DNA of 64,000 nt from an uncultured Pseudomonadales bacterium (lineage in GTDB: Bacteria; Pseudomonadota; Gammaproteobacteria; Pseudomonadales; JBECKS01): contig CAZKYI010000003.1 of assembly GCA_964557005.1 (NCBI GenBank), forward strand, positions 22,378 through 86,377. The letters are read 5' to 3'. The notes below the pieces were generated by a model. It saw only the letters and a program-made list of their open reading frames with translations. It was not told the origin of the DNA and searched no databases. The translations under genes and the position numbers were made by a program. Shown piece by piece: positions 1 to 9,887 of the stretch. Positions within the stretch are counted from its first letter, which is position 1. Each line of letters starts with the position of its first letter.

Positions 1-1961
1 AAGGTGGGTACTTCCCCCTAACCGCCTACAACCTGTTATTTCCCACCGAAAAAGTAGGTGCCTTTGCAGCGGGTATGGGGCATTTAAATGCCATTCTCGA
101 TGTCGATGGCTCGGTGCGCAGCGATGCGCTGGTGGTGGATTATTACGGCGATTACTACCCCAGCATGTCGCTGATGCTGGCAGCCAAAACCCTCAATCTC
201 GATTTAAACGAAGTGCTGGTGACTGGTGCGCCTTCGGTCAAAATCGGCAAACTGAGCATCAAGGTCGATGAGCAACTCAAAATGCTGCCCTTCTACTATA
301 AACAGCAAGATGGCAGACCACCCTTTTCGGTCAATTCCTTTTCCGATTTTTATTTCGATGTGATTCCTGTCGAACAATTCAAAGGTAAAACCGTGTTGAT
401 TGGCGCAACCGCTTCGGGGCTGGGCACAACCATGGTGACACCTGTGAGTGCAGCGATGTCGCCTGTGCTTGCGCTGGCGCACACGCTCTCCAGCATTTTG
501 CAGGAAGATTTTTTCATTCAGCCTGCGTGGTCTGCATGGGTACAACTCGCCGCCTTTTTATTTGTTGCACTGTTTCTAACCGCGTTGTTACCGCGTTTAA
601 ATGCGCAAAACGGTGCCCTGATTTCACTCGGAATTGCCGCGCTGTTGCTGATTGCCCATTTTGTACTGATGACCACCCAACGTATGTGGATTCCGTTGAT
701 GACACCGATTCTGATGTTGGTGCTCGGTTACCTGTTACTCACCACCAAGCGTTTCTTTGTCAGTGAAAAAGGCAAGGCCAGCGCCGATCTGGAATCGGCC
801 GAAAGTAATCGCATGTTAGGTCTGGCGTTTCAGGGGCAAGGACAACTCGATATGGCCTTCGAAAAATTCCGCAAATGCCCGAAAGATGAATCACTGGCCG
901 AAGCACTCTACAACCTCGCACTCGACTTCGAGCGCAAGCGCCAGTTTGCCAAATCGGGGAATGTGTATCGTTATATTTATGATTTTGCACCCAAGTTCAA
1001 GGATGTTGCCGAGCGCCTTGATCGCAGCAAAAAAATGGAAGAAACCATCATCATTGGCCCGGGCGGCGGTACCAATGCCACACTGATTATGACAGGCGGT
1101 GATATGGAAAAACCGCAACTGGGACGTTACGAAATTATCAAGGAGCTGGGCAAGGGTGCGATGGGTATGGTGTATCTGGGTCATGACCCGAAAATCGCAC
1201 GCGATGTTGCCATCAAGACCATGGCGCTGAGTCAGGAATTTGAAGGCGATGCCTTGAAAGATGTGAAGGAGCGTTTCTTCCGCGAAGCTGAAACCGCAGG
1301 ACGATTGAATCACCCCAACATCGTCACCATGCTCGATGCGGGTGAAGAACATGACCTCGCCTACATTGCGATGGAGTTTCTCAAAGGCCGTGATCTGGCC
1401 GACCATGTGCGCCCCGACACCTTGTTAGCACCCGCTACGGTGTTTGACATTTTGTTCAAGGCTGCCGATGCACTGGATTATGCACACTCGCTCAATGTGG
1501 TTCACCGCGACATCAAACCCGCCAACATCATGTATGAGCCCAACGCCAAAGAAGTGAAAATTACCGACTTTGGCATTGCGCGTATTACTGATTCCAATAA
1601 AACCAAAACTGGCACGATTCTGGGAACCCCTTCCTACATGTCTCCCGAACAGTTGTCAGGCAAACATGTAGACGGGCGCTCCGATTTGTTTTCCCTGGGA
1701 GTCATGGCTTACCAGATGTTATGTGGTGTCCTGCCTTTTCAGGGCGATTCCATGGCTGCACTGATGTTCCAGATTGCCAATGAGCCGCATCCGAAAATCC
1801 GTACCTTTAATTCCAAACTGCCACCTGAGCTTGAGAAGTTTTTTGACAAGGCTCTGGCGAAAAATCCTGATCAACGCTTCGCAACTGGCAAGGCATTTTC
1901 AACTGGCTTGAAAGCTTGTCTGGCTGCCGCAAAAAAACGACGCGAAGCTAAAGATGCTTAA
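1..1961 (+). CDS. Ser/Thr protein kinase with an N-terminal CHASE2-like periplasmic sensor and TM segments; 5' end lies outside the window
   Basis: The frame is open from base 3 up to the listed ATG at 75, so the gene starts upstream. There are several hydrophobic helices after the sensor part. Hanks kinase motifs are present: GKGAMGMV, VAIK, HRDIKPANIM, DFG, SYMSPE. Confidence 0.85.
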   Translation, partial: GGYFPLTAYNLLFPTEKVGAFAAGMGHLNAILDVDGSVRSDALVVDYYGDYYPSMSLMLAAKTLNLDLNEVLVTGAPSVKIGKLSIKVDEQLKMLPFYYKQQDGRPPFSVNSFSDFYFDVIPVEQFKGKTVLIGATASGLGTTMVTPVSAAMSPVLALAHTLSSILQEDFFIQPAWSAWVQLAAFLFVALFLTALLPRLNAQNGALISLGIAALLLIAHFVLMTTQRMWIPLMTPILMLVLGYLLLTTKRFFVSEKGKASADLESAESNRMLGLAFQGQGQLDMAFEKFRKCPKDESLAEALYNLALDFERKRQFAKSGNVYRYIYDFAPKFKDVAERLDRSKKMEETIIIGPGGGTNATLIMTGGDMEKPQLGRYEIIKELGKGAMGMVYLGHDPKIARDVAIKTMALSQEFEGDALKDVKERFFREAETAGRLNHPNIVTMLDAGEEHDLAYIAMEFLKGRDLADHVRPDTLLAPATVFDILFKAADALDYAHSLNVVHRDIKPANIMYEPNAKEVKITDFGIARITDSNKTKTGTILGTPSYMSPEQLSGKHVDGRSDLFSLGVMAYQMLCGVLPFQGDSMAALMFQIANEPHPKIRTFNSKLPPELEKFFDKALAKNPDQRFATGKAFSTGLKACLAAAKKRREAKDA

Positions 1962-1977
1962 CACATAGGGTATTGAT

Positions 1978-2778
1978 ATGTTTGATTGGCAACTCAGTGG
2001 AAAAACAGACGTAGGGCGTGTACGAGAGCTCAACGAAGATTGCATTCTGTGTAATCAAACCCTCGGTTTTGTAGTGCTGGCAGACGGCATGGGCGGGCAT
2101 CAGGGCGGTGAAATCGCCAGTGCAATGGCGGTATCAAGCATTACTCAGGATCTCGAAGCCGCTGCAAAGAGCCTGAATGCAGGTGACGAACAGTCTCAGA
2201 ATATTGCCATTGGTGATTTACTGGAAAATGCCGTCAAAAAAGCCAATGCTGAAATTTTTGCCACTGCTGAAACCAATGAACACTACAAAGGCATGGGCAC
2301 GACAGTGGTGGTCGCACTTACGCATAACAACAGACTTCACTTTGCCCATGTAGGGGATTCACGCCTGTATCGTTTCAGTAACAAGACTCTGGAACAACTC
2401 ACCAAAGATCACTCACTGGTGAATGAGTTACTCGATCAGGGCTATTACAAATCTTCCGAAGAAGCGGCTCAGGCAGGCCAGAAAAATGTGATTACCCGTG
2501 CGGTGGGTATTGCTGCCGATGTTCGTGTCGATGTCAATTCTGTGAGCGCAAACGATAAAGATGTATTCCTGCTTTGTTCAGATGGCTTGAACGATATGAT
2601 TAGCAATGACGAAATCAGCGAGTTGATTCAAAATCACAGCGAACACGAAGCCTTGCTCAATGCCCTGATTGGCAGCGCCTGTGATGCAGGCGGCAGAGAC
2701 AACGTATCGGTGATATTGATGCAGGCAACAAAAAGCAGTTTGTTAAAAAAATCATTGGGTTGGTTGTTCAAGAGTTAA
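1978..2778 (+). CDS. PP2C-family Ser/Thr protein phosphatase (Stp/PrpC-like)
   Basis: PP2C motifs are present: RELNED, LADGMGGHQGGEIAS, HVGDSRLY, LCSDGL, GGRDNVS. It lies 17 nt downstream of the kinase. Confidence 0.85.
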   Translation: MFDWQLSGKTDVGRVRELNEDCILCNQTLGFVVLADGMGGHQGGEIASAMAVSSITQDLEAAAKSLNAGDEQSQNIAIGDLLENAVKKANAEIFATAETNEHYKGMGTTVVVALTHNNRLHFAHVGDSRLYRFSNKTLEQLTKDHSLVNELLDQGYYKSSEEAAQAGQKNVITRAVGIAADVRVDVNSVSANDKDVFLLCSDGLNDMISNDEISELIQNHSEHEALLNALIGSACDAGGRDNVSVILMQATKSSLLKKSLGWLFKS

Positions 2779-2795
2779 CTACTAGGGAAACAAAC

Positions 2796-3476
2796 ATGGC
2801 GGCAAAACTTATTGTGTCGAAAAATAATCAGGAAGTGACTCAGGTTCATCTGGAAAGGACGGTGTTGACCATTGGCAGAAAACACATCAACGACTTGCAT
2901 CTTGATGATTTAAGCGTCAGTGGTACGCATGCAAAAATCCTTACTGTAGGTAAGGATTCATTTATTGAAGATTTGAACAGTACCAACGGCACTTTCATTA
3001 ACGGTAAAAAAATCCAGAAAACGCCTATCAAGCATCTCGATTTAATCAAGATTGGAGAATACGAATTACGTTATCTCAATGATGTAGCCTCGGTTGATAA
3101 CGACATGGAAAAAACCGTCATTTTACAGGCGGGTTCCATCACCATGGACGACCCTGAAAAACCCAAAGCAGTTTCCGGAAATCCCGTAAAACCCGTTGTT
3201 AGCAGCGACAGCTCTGAAGCAAGGCTGACCGTGATGAATGGCGCTTCCAAAGGCAAGTATCTTACCTTGTCCAAAATCATTACCCGCGTAAAAGGCCCTC
3301 AAGGGCAAAGCAATCTCATCTCCAAAAAAGATGATGGCTACTACATTCTGAATACCCTGCCCGCAGATTTGGCACCTGCCGTGAATGGCAAAGTGGTGGG
3401 GGTCGGCTCCATCAAGCTCAACAATGGCGATGTCATCTCGATGGGTAGCAACCAATTAAAATTTTCATCTGACTAA
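2796..3476 (+). CDS. FHA domain-containing protein, with a second degenerate FHA-like C-terminal half
   Basis: FHA signature TIGRKHINDLHLDDLSVSGTHAKI...NSTNGTFINGKKI. I chose the ATG at 2796, preceded by an AGGGAA Shine-Dalgarno, over the listed TTG at 2760, which overlaps the phosphatase gene. Confidence 0.8.
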   Translation: MAAKLIVSKNNQEVTQVHLERTVLTIGRKHINDLHLDDLSVSGTHAKILTVGKDSFIEDLNSTNGTFINGKKIQKTPIKHLDLIKIGEYELRYLNDVASVDNDMEKTVILQAGSITMDDPEKPKAVSGNPVKPVVSSDSSEARLTVMNGASKGKYLTLSKIITRVKGPQGQSNLISKKDDGYYILNTLPADLAPAVNGKVVGVGSIKLNNGDVISMGSNQLKFSSD

Positions 3477-3488
3477 CGCTACCTCTGT

Positions 3489-4301
3489 ATGAGCGAAATT
3501 GAAGCTCATTATCAGCGTGTCAGTCAGGCGTGGCACATGGTTATGGGGGAGCGCCAGCATTTTGGTCTCTACCGCGATGGCAGGGAATCCATCAATCAGG
3601 CTTCAGCACAACTGGTTGATTTACTGTTTGATAAAATCCACGTAGATGCGCAACACCATGTACTTGAAGTAGGTTGTGGTACAGGTGGCAGCGCACGCTA
3701 CCTTCAACAAACATTCGGCTGCGCGGTCAGCGGTATTGCACTGTGTGAACGTGAAATCACTCAGGCAACTGCACTTGCCCCGCCTCACACGCCCTTGCAA
3801 TTTGTAAAAGCCGATGGTCAGGCCAATCCGTTTGCCGATTGCAGTTTTGACATGGTAATCATGCTCGAGTCTTCACTGCTGGTGCCAAACAAGCTACTAC
3901 TGTTTCAGGAAAACTTTCGCGTGCTCAAATCAGGGGGCTATCTGTTGTTATGCGACCAGATAAAACCCGCAGCACTGAAATTGTCTGACATGTATCGACT
4001 CGGCTCGCAGATTGAATGTTTACGCGAATGCTTTGGTAACACGCAAACCGAAAGTCTGGCGGCTTACCAGCATTATCTGGAACAAGCAGGCTTTAGCGAC
4101 ATTGAAACCGAAGACATTGGCAAACAACTGTTGCTGTCGCCTTCACGCTGGAAACACTCCGCTCAACATCAAAAAGCAGACCTTGAAAAGCTGTTTAACG
4201 AAAAGCAATTCAATAATTTTTTACAGGCCTGCGATATTCTGGAAAGTTTTATGGAAAAAAATATTCTTTCCTATGGTTTGGTGCGCGCAAAAAAGCCTTA
4301 G
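3489..4301 (+). CDS. Class I SAM-dependent methyltransferase
   Basis: Motif I VLEVGCGTGGSARYL and post-I/II acidic residues (FDMVIMLES). Confidence 0.75.
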   Translation: MSEIEAHYQRVSQAWHMVMGERQHFGLYRDGRESINQASAQLVDLLFDKIHVDAQHHVLEVGCGTGGSARYLQQTFGCAVSGIALCEREITQATALAPPHTPLQFVKADGQANPFADCSFDMVIMLESSLLVPNKLLLFQENFRVLKSGGYLLLCDQIKPAALKLSDMYRLGSQIECLRECFGNTQTESLAAYQHYLEQAGFSDIETEDIGKQLLLSPSRWKHSAQHQKADLEKLFNEKQFNNFLQACDILESFMEKNILSYGLVRAKKP

Positions 4302-4302
4302 G

Positions 4303-5319
4303 CTAAAACCAGCCTGCACGATCAAAAATACGCACCGCAGCCGCCTGATTCAAACCCAACTCACTGGCACTGAGGGTATCTTCCTTAAAACTGCCCATGT
4401 CGCGTAATACCTCGGTAAGTTTTGCATCTTTCACCACGGGATATTCATTATTCCCCGCTACGAATATCGCCTGTGCTTGTGCTTCGGTGAGGTATTCAAG
4501 AAAACGTATGGCATTGGCGCGATTGGGTGCATGTTTTACCACACCGGCACCACTGATGTTAACGTGTGTCCCACGGTCTTTTTGGTTAGGAAAAATCAAA
4601 CCCACATTGCTGGCGCGTTCAGGTTGCTCCGCACGATAGCGTGCAAGGTAATAGGTATTCACCAGAGATATTCGGCATTCGCCCATAGCAACATCATTGA
4701 GATTGGACGTATCGTTGCCAGAAGGCGCTTTGTATAAATTGGCAACCACCCCTTTTGCCCATACTTCTGCTGCCTGTTCGCCTTCATGTGCAAGCATCGC
4801 CGCCAGCATTGAGATGTTGTAAATATTATTGGAAGAACGCATGCAGATTTTCCCCTTAAATTCAGGTCTTGCCAAATCTGCATAGCTGTTGAGATTGTCA
4901 GGCTTGCCCTGCTGCTTGTTATAAATAATCACACGCGCGCGTTTTGACAAACCAAACCACAAACCGTCAGGATGTCGCAAATACTCAGGAATACGAGCTT
5001 CGAGTATGGGGGACTTCACCGCAGAAAAAACCGCCTTTTGTTCGGCGCGGTACAAACGCCCTGCATCAACCGTAACCAGAATATCTGCGGGACTATGCTT
5101 GCCTTCGTTGACAATGCGTTCAATCAGGGCATCACTGTCTGCCTCAATGATATTGACACGAATACCCGTTTGCTTTTCAAAGTCTTTGTACAGTGCAATA
5201 TCGGTATCGTAATGTCGTGCGCTATACACATTCACCACTTCTTTTGCATGCAACGTGCCCAATGCAGAAACCCATAAAACCACAGAACTTCCAAAAATAA
5301 CTTTTAATAATTTAAACAT
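4303..5319 (-). CDS. Fe(3+) ABC transporter periplasmic substrate-binding protein (FbpA/AfuA-like)
   Basis: It has a signal peptide. VNVYSARHYDTDIALYKDFEKQTGIRVNIIE is typical of ferric-binding proteins. It is adjacent to the ABC ATPase and permease. Confidence 0.8.
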   Translation of the reverse strand: MFKLLKVIFGSSVVLWVSALGTLHAKEVVNVYSARHYDTDIALYKDFEKQTGIRVNIIEADSDALIERIVNEGKHSPADILVTVDAGRLYRAEQKAVFSAVKSPILEARIPEYLRHPDGLWFGLSKRARVIIYNKQQGKPDNLNSYADLARPEFKGKICMRSSNNIYNISMLAAMLAHEGEQAAEVWAKGVVANLYKAPSGNDTSNLNDVAMGECRISLVNTYYLARYRAEQPERASNVGLIFPNQKDRGTHVNISGAGVVKHAPNRANAIRFLEYLTEAQAQAIFVAGNNEYPVVKDAKLTEVLRDMGSFKEDTLSASELGLNQAAAVRIFDRAGWF

Positions 5320-5353
5320 AATGCGACTCCTGAATTCAGAAATTTATAACCAT

Positions 5354-6403
5354 TTATAACAGGGGAAAAATAAAACTGGCTTTGCGTTTAACCGATAATT
5401 TCACCGTATCTGATTTTTTAAAGTCAGATACGCTGTTCAAACTGACACGCAAGGGTGTCAGTACACCCTTGCTCTGTTTGGGTAATAAAAAAGCAATCCA
5501 GTGCGTGCCCACAAAACGCAAATCGATAATCTGTAATGCGGATGTTGCATCTTTTTCCAGCATTAAACTGTCTGCACGCACCACAAGCCGATAGTGACTT
5601 GCCTTGGGCAGGGCTGCGCTGTCTGCCATAAAAATTTTGCCATACACACTTTCAAAACCCTGCTCGACTAATTGCACCGTGATACTTTGGGCATCGCCAA
5701 ACAAGCTCGCCACTTCCGCAGAAGCAGGCTGTTCATATAACTGGTGAGGATTCGCGGCCTGTATAATTTTGCCTTGATCTAACACAGCTATCAGGTCGCC
5801 CATTTCCATGGCTTCGTTTGGATCATGTGTCACCATGATGGTGGTGGTGCCATTTTGTTTAAGCAGTTGGCGTGATGCTTCGCGTAATGAGCGCCTCAAA
5901 GTGACATCAACACTCGCAAAGGGCTCGTCCATCAACAACACATCGGGTTGCGGTGCAAGCGAGCGTACCAGTGCAACACGTTGTTGTTGCCCACCCGACA
6001 GTTGATGCGGAAAGCGTTTGGCCAGCTCAGACAAGCCCACCATCTCCAGCAATTCGTGCACACGTCCGGATTTTTCCGAAGCAGGCAGGTGCGCCAAACC
6101 AAAAGCCACATTGCGCTCTACCGTGAGATGCGGGAAAAGTGCATTTTCCTGAAACATCAAACCCACCGAGCGCTTTTCAGGTGCAGGGTGAACATTCGCT
6201 GCCGCCAGCACGCTGCCATCAAGTTCAATACTCCCCGACTGAACACGCTCAAGACCGGCCACCAAACGCAACAAGGTACTTTTACCACCACCAGATGGCC
6301 CCAACAGGCAGGTGATTTCCCCTTCAGGAATGTCCAGATTCAGTTCGGATAACACCTGAACCTCATCATAGGCGTGGGAAATGTTACGAAAACAAAGCGT
6401 CAT
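5354..6403 (-). CDS. ABC transporter ATP-binding protein (FbpC-like, iron import)
   Basis: Walker A GPSGGGKST, signature LSGGQQQR, Walker B LLMDEP, H-loop VTHD, plus a C-terminal TOBE-like extension. Confidence 0.85.
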   Translation of the reverse strand: MTLCFRNISHAYDEVQVLSELNLDIPEGEITCLLGPSGGGKSTLLRLVAGLERVQSGSIELDGSVLAAANVHPAPEKRSVGLMFQENALFPHLTVERNVAFGLAHLPASEKSGRVHELLEMVGLSELAKRFPHQLSGGQQQRVALVRSLAPQPDVLLMDEPFASVDVTLRRSLREASRQLLKQNGTTTIMVTHDPNEAMEMGDLIAVLDQGKIIQAANPHQLYEQPASAEVASLFGDAQSITVQLVEQGFESVYGKIFMADSAALPKASHYRLVVRADSLMLEKDATSALQIIDLRFVGTHWIAFLLPKQSKGVLTPLRVSLNSVSDFKKSDTVKLSVKRKASFIFPLL

Positions 6404-6408
6404 GTTTT

Positions 6409-6427
6409 AAGAACGAGTATCATTACC
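6409..6427. promoter_or_regulatory. Candidate Fur box in the 47-bp divergent promoter region of the iron ABC genes
   Basis: AAGAACGAGTATCATTACC matches the 19-bp Fur consensus GATAATGATAATCATTATC at 13 of 19 positions by hand alignment. Its position between iron-uptake genes fits. Confidence 0.3.
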
Positions 6428-6450
6428 ATTTACTAAAGCACGTACCGTAA

Positions 6451-8088
6451 ATGAAATTATCTACCGAGCCAAGGACAAAACTGCTGAAACAGCGCAGAAG
6501 TTTTGTGTGGACGCTGACCAGTTTCATGCTGGCGGCGCTGATTGCCGTGCCCATCGTGTTTATCCTGCTTTCCTTTTTCAGTGCGGACAGCCATGTGTGG
6601 GCGCATATCCGCAGTACGGTTCTGTTTGACTACACCCGCAACAGCTTGCTGCTGGTGCTTCAGGTTGCCCTGTATAGCCTGCTGATTGGTGTGAGCTGTG
6701 CCTGGCTGGTGGCTGCCACAGAATTTCCAGGACGACGCGTGCTGTCATGGGCTTTGATTTTGCCTTTGGCAGCACCCGCCTACATCGTGGCCTATGTCTA
6801 TACCGATTTGCTTGCGTTCAGCGGGCCTGTTCAAAGCAGTCTGCGTGCAGCATTTGGTCTTCAAGCTGGTGCTTATTATTTCCCGCAAATACGCTCGCTG
6901 TCGGGTGCTGCGGTGGTGTTGGCGCTGGTGCTCTATCCTTATGTTTACTTATTAAGTCGCGTTGCCTTCTCCCAGCGCTCAGGCACGCTGTTTGATGCTG
7001 CCCGTACACTTGGCGCATCACCGCGTAGCGCGTTTTTCAGCATTGCATTGCCTGCTGCATGGCCTGCGATTATCGGCGGCCTTGCGCTGGTGATGATGGA
7101 AACACTCGCCGATTTCGGCGTGGTGGATTATTTCGGTGTGCCGACATTTTCCACAGGGATTTTCCGCACATGGTTTGCACTGGGTGACAAAATTGCTGCC
7201 ATGAAACTCGCAGCCGTGATGTTTGTTTTTGTGCTGGTGCTGGTGGCGCTTGAAAAATATCAACGCAATGACCAGAAAACCGCTTTGATGGATAGAAAGC
7301 AGCATCGCATCACGCTCAATCGAAAACAGGCCGTGCTTGCTTTTGTGATATGTGCAAGTCCTGTGATATTGGGTTGTTTGTTGCCTGTATCGATTCTGGC
7401 CTATTACAGTGTCACGACAGGTGATGCCAACTTCGGCGCGGATTTTTTCACCTATCTCGTTAACAGCGTATCGGTCGCAAGTCTCGCCTCTGTGCTGGCC
7501 TTGTGCATTGCCTTGTTTCTGGCCTGTTCGCTGTTGTTTTCTAACAACTTGCTCACACGCGCATCGGTACACATTTCAACGCTCGGTTATGCGCTGCCGG
7601 GCATTATGCTCGCCATTGCCTTGCTCACACCTTTAACCCGTGTGGATCACTGGCTGGTCGACCAACTCAACGCACAAGGCTGGCAAACAGGGCTGATTTT
7701 CAGCGGCTCTCTCGCCATTCTGCTGTATGCCTATGTTATACGCTTTTTAACGGTTTCCTATAATGCCATTGATGGCGGTTTAAGCCAGATACCCGCAACC
7801 TACACCCATGTTGCACGCAGCCTCGGCGCAAGCCCCTTGCGTGTGATTTCGCTGATTCACTTGCCGCTGATGCGACGCTCCATGCTCGCAGCACTGGTGC
7901 TGGTGTTTGTCGATACCATGCGTGAACTTCCCGCCACACTGGTATTACGCCCGTTTAATTTTGAGACGCTGGCAACACGGGTTTATCGGCTTGCAAGTGA
8001 TGAACGTCTGGCTGAGGCATCCACCGCTGCCCTGTGTATTGTGCTGGTGGGTTTGATTCCGGTTTTATTTTTGAATCGCCTTAAATAA
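6451..8088 (+). CDS. Iron ABC transporter permease (FbpB-like, duplicated 6-TM permease)
   Basis: The 545-aa protein is highly hydrophobic. It has two ABC permease EAA-like loops (ARTLGASPRSAFFSIALP and ARSLGASPLRVISLIHLP). Confidence 0.8.
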   Translation: MKLSTEPRTKLLKQRRSFVWTLTSFMLAALIAVPIVFILLSFFSADSHVWAHIRSTVLFDYTRNSLLLVLQVALYSLLIGVSCAWLVAATEFPGRRVLSWALILPLAAPAYIVAYVYTDLLAFSGPVQSSLRAAFGLQAGAYYFPQIRSLSGAAVVLALVLYPYVYLLSRVAFSQRSGTLFDAARTLGASPRSAFFSIALPAAWPAIIGGLALVMMETLADFGVVDYFGVPTFSTGIFRTWFALGDKIAAMKLAAVMFVFVLVLVALEKYQRNDQKTALMDRKQHRITLNRKQAVLAFVICASPVILGCLLPVSILAYYSVTTGDANFGADFFTYLVNSVSVASLASVLALCIALFLACSLLFSNNLLTRASVHISTLGYALPGIMLAIALLTPLTRVDHWLVDQLNAQGWQTGLIFSGSLAILLYAYVIRFLTVSYNAIDGGLSQIPATYTHVARSLGASPLRVISLIHLPLMRRSMLAALVLVFVDTMRELPATLVLRPFNFETLATRVYRLASDERLAEASTAALCIVLVGLIPVLFLNRLK

Positions 8089-8089
8089 C

Positions 8090-8674
8090 TTATTCAATAT
8101 CCGATAAATCAATCACATCAGGATTGGCAAGAATGGATCGTCTTTCAACAACGGGTTTTTCCGGCTCCTTGTAACTGGACAATACTTCCAGCACTTCCTT
8201 GGGCAGGCGACAGGTTTCGCTCACCAGCGTGTAGCCGTTTTTCGGAATAAATTGATAGCGCCCCAGACACCCTTGCCCGACATTTTGTTGCCGGAAAAAA
8301 ATAATATCCGCCATGCTGTGTTTCGACTCCGAAGCGGATGACTGAGGTGGCCAAACCAGCTCGTAAACCTTGTGATGAAAACTGGCCTTGCCAATAAATT
8401 GAACGCGCTTGTTGCTCAAACTTCGGAAAATATAATTTTCACAAAAGCCTTCAACACAGTTGGCACCAATGATGTGTTCCTGCTGGCCATCCAAATCAAA
8501 ATCGTTGAATGCTTCATGCAGGTAATTACTTTGGGTCACTTGCTTGACAATTTGTCTGGGCGTCGAAGTAGAAATCTCGCCAAGGCTCAAGGTATTTTTT
8601 CCTTGCGCCAGCGCATATTGCACCACCAAACTCATCAATAAAAATAACGCTGTATTTTTTATATATCTATTCAT
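8090..8674 (-). CDS. Hypothetical secreted protein
   Basis: N-terminal signal peptide (LFLLMSLVVQYALAQG). I recognise no family motif. Confidence 0.45.
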   Translation of the reverse strand: MNRYIKNTALFLLMSLVVQYALAQGKNTLSLGEISTSTPRQIVKQVTQSNYLHEAFNDFDLDGQQEHIIGANCVEGFCENYIFRSLSNKRVQFIGKASFHHKVYELVWPPQSSASESKHSMADIIFFRQQNVGQGCLGRYQFIPKNGYTLVSETCRLPKEVLEVLSSYKEPEKPVVERRSILANPDVIDLSDIE

Positions 8675-8705
8675 CTTGCTACAGATTCATCGTGTCTGGG
8701 AAAAA

Positions 8706-9230
8706 CTAAAGTTCTGAAAAAGCCGCGTGATAATACACAGTACCTGACGCTTTTTTCAGAAAATCTTTTTTAATCTCGCGCACCATAAAGGCTTCTTCGG
8801 GGCATTCAAATTCCCAACGCAAATCAAAGTCTGCCGCCGTGCTGAATTGAAAACGCCGATAATAGGCAGGCTCTCCCAACAACACCACTGCGTTATAAAA
8901 ATCATCGGCATAGTGTTCAAACCAGAAATGAATCAGGGCACTCCCTATGCCTTTGTTATGAAATTCAGGCAATACCGATAAAGGTGCAAGCCCCAATGCC
9001 TGCCATGAGCGCTGTCCGTTATCAATCGTTACCACGCTTAGTGCCAGATGCGCGAGAATCTGCTGATTTGATTTGTTTTCTGCAATCAGGGAAAAAGTCA
9101 ATGCGCCCTGATTCCTCAGGTTTTCCACCAGCCTTGCTTCGGCATCGGTTTCAAACGCAGCTGTAACCACACGGCTGATTTCAGCAATATCCGATACTTT
9201 TTCTGAACGAATGAGATATTCGAGTGCCAT
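8706..9230 (-). CDS. GNAT family N-acetyltransferase
   Basis: Acetyl-CoA binding motif HNKGIGSALI; size and beta-bulge context are typical of GNAT. Confidence 0.75.
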   Translation of the reverse strand: MALEYLIRSEKVSDIAEISRVVTAAFETDAEARLVENLRNQGALTFSLIAENKSNQQILAHLALSVVTIDNGQRSWQALGLAPLSVLPEFHNKGIGSALIHFWFEHYADDFYNAVVLLGEPAYYRRFQFSTAADFDLRWEFECPEEAFMVREIKKDFLKKASGTVYYHAAFSEL

Positions 9231-9238
9231 GATAAGCC

Positions 9239-9853
9239 TTAGTGCGGAAGGTTATCCGTGCGTGTCATACGCCCCAAATAACCGCCGTGGTGTCGTTTGC
9301 CATATTCCTCGCGTGTGAATTTTTTTTCTTCCATCAAGGCAATCGCCACTGCATCACTGATGGCAAGCATCACCGCTGTACTGTTGGTGGGCGTTAAACC
9401 CAGAATACAGGCTTCGCCAGTTTCCCCCATATCGAGAATACATTCACAATGTTCACGCAGTTGCGAATCAGGATGAGAAGTCACGCCAATTAAATGCACC
9501 ACGCCGAGGTGCCGCGCCATTTCAAGAATTTCGAGCACTTCGCGCGATTTGCCACTGGTTGAAAATGCAACCATCACATCATCCTGGTTCACGATACCCA
9601 AATCACCATGTGCTGCTTCTGCCGCGTGCAGAAAAACTGCGGGGGTGCCAGTTGAACATAAAGTGGCTGCGAATTTATTGGCAATATGCCCCGCCTTGCC
9701 AATGCCAGTTGTAAGCACCTTGCCCTTGCACGCTTTTAATACATGAACGGCCTGTTCAAATGCTTCACCAACATGAACCGACTGAATGGCTTTCGCTTCA
9801 GCATCCAATACAGATTTAATACGGTTTTTAATACTACTCATAACAATATACAC
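9239..9853 (-). CDS. SIS domain protein (KpsF/GutQ-type sugar-phosphate isomerase fold, no CBS domains)
   Basis: TTGIGKAGHIANKFAATLCSTGTPAVFLHAAEAAHGDLG matches the SIS phosphosugar-binding motif. The true start may be the internal Met at 9841. Confidence 0.7.
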   Translation of the reverse strand: MYIVMSSIKNRIKSVLDAEAKAIQSVHVGEAFEQAVHVLKACKGKVLTTGIGKAGHIANKFAATLCSTGTPAVFLHAAEAAHGDLGIVNQDDVMVAFSTSGKSREVLEILEMARHLGVVHLIGVTSHPDSQLREHCECILDMGETGEACILGLTPTNSTAVMLAISDAVAIALMEEKKFTREEYGKRHHGGYLGRMTRTDNLPH

Positions 9854-9887
9854 ACATGGATTTCAATAATTAAATTTCAGAACAGTG

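Noticed and set aside
7018-7572. 184-aa ORF antisense to the iron ABC permease
   Set aside because: It is a shadow ORF of a hydrophobic permease gene and has no motifs.
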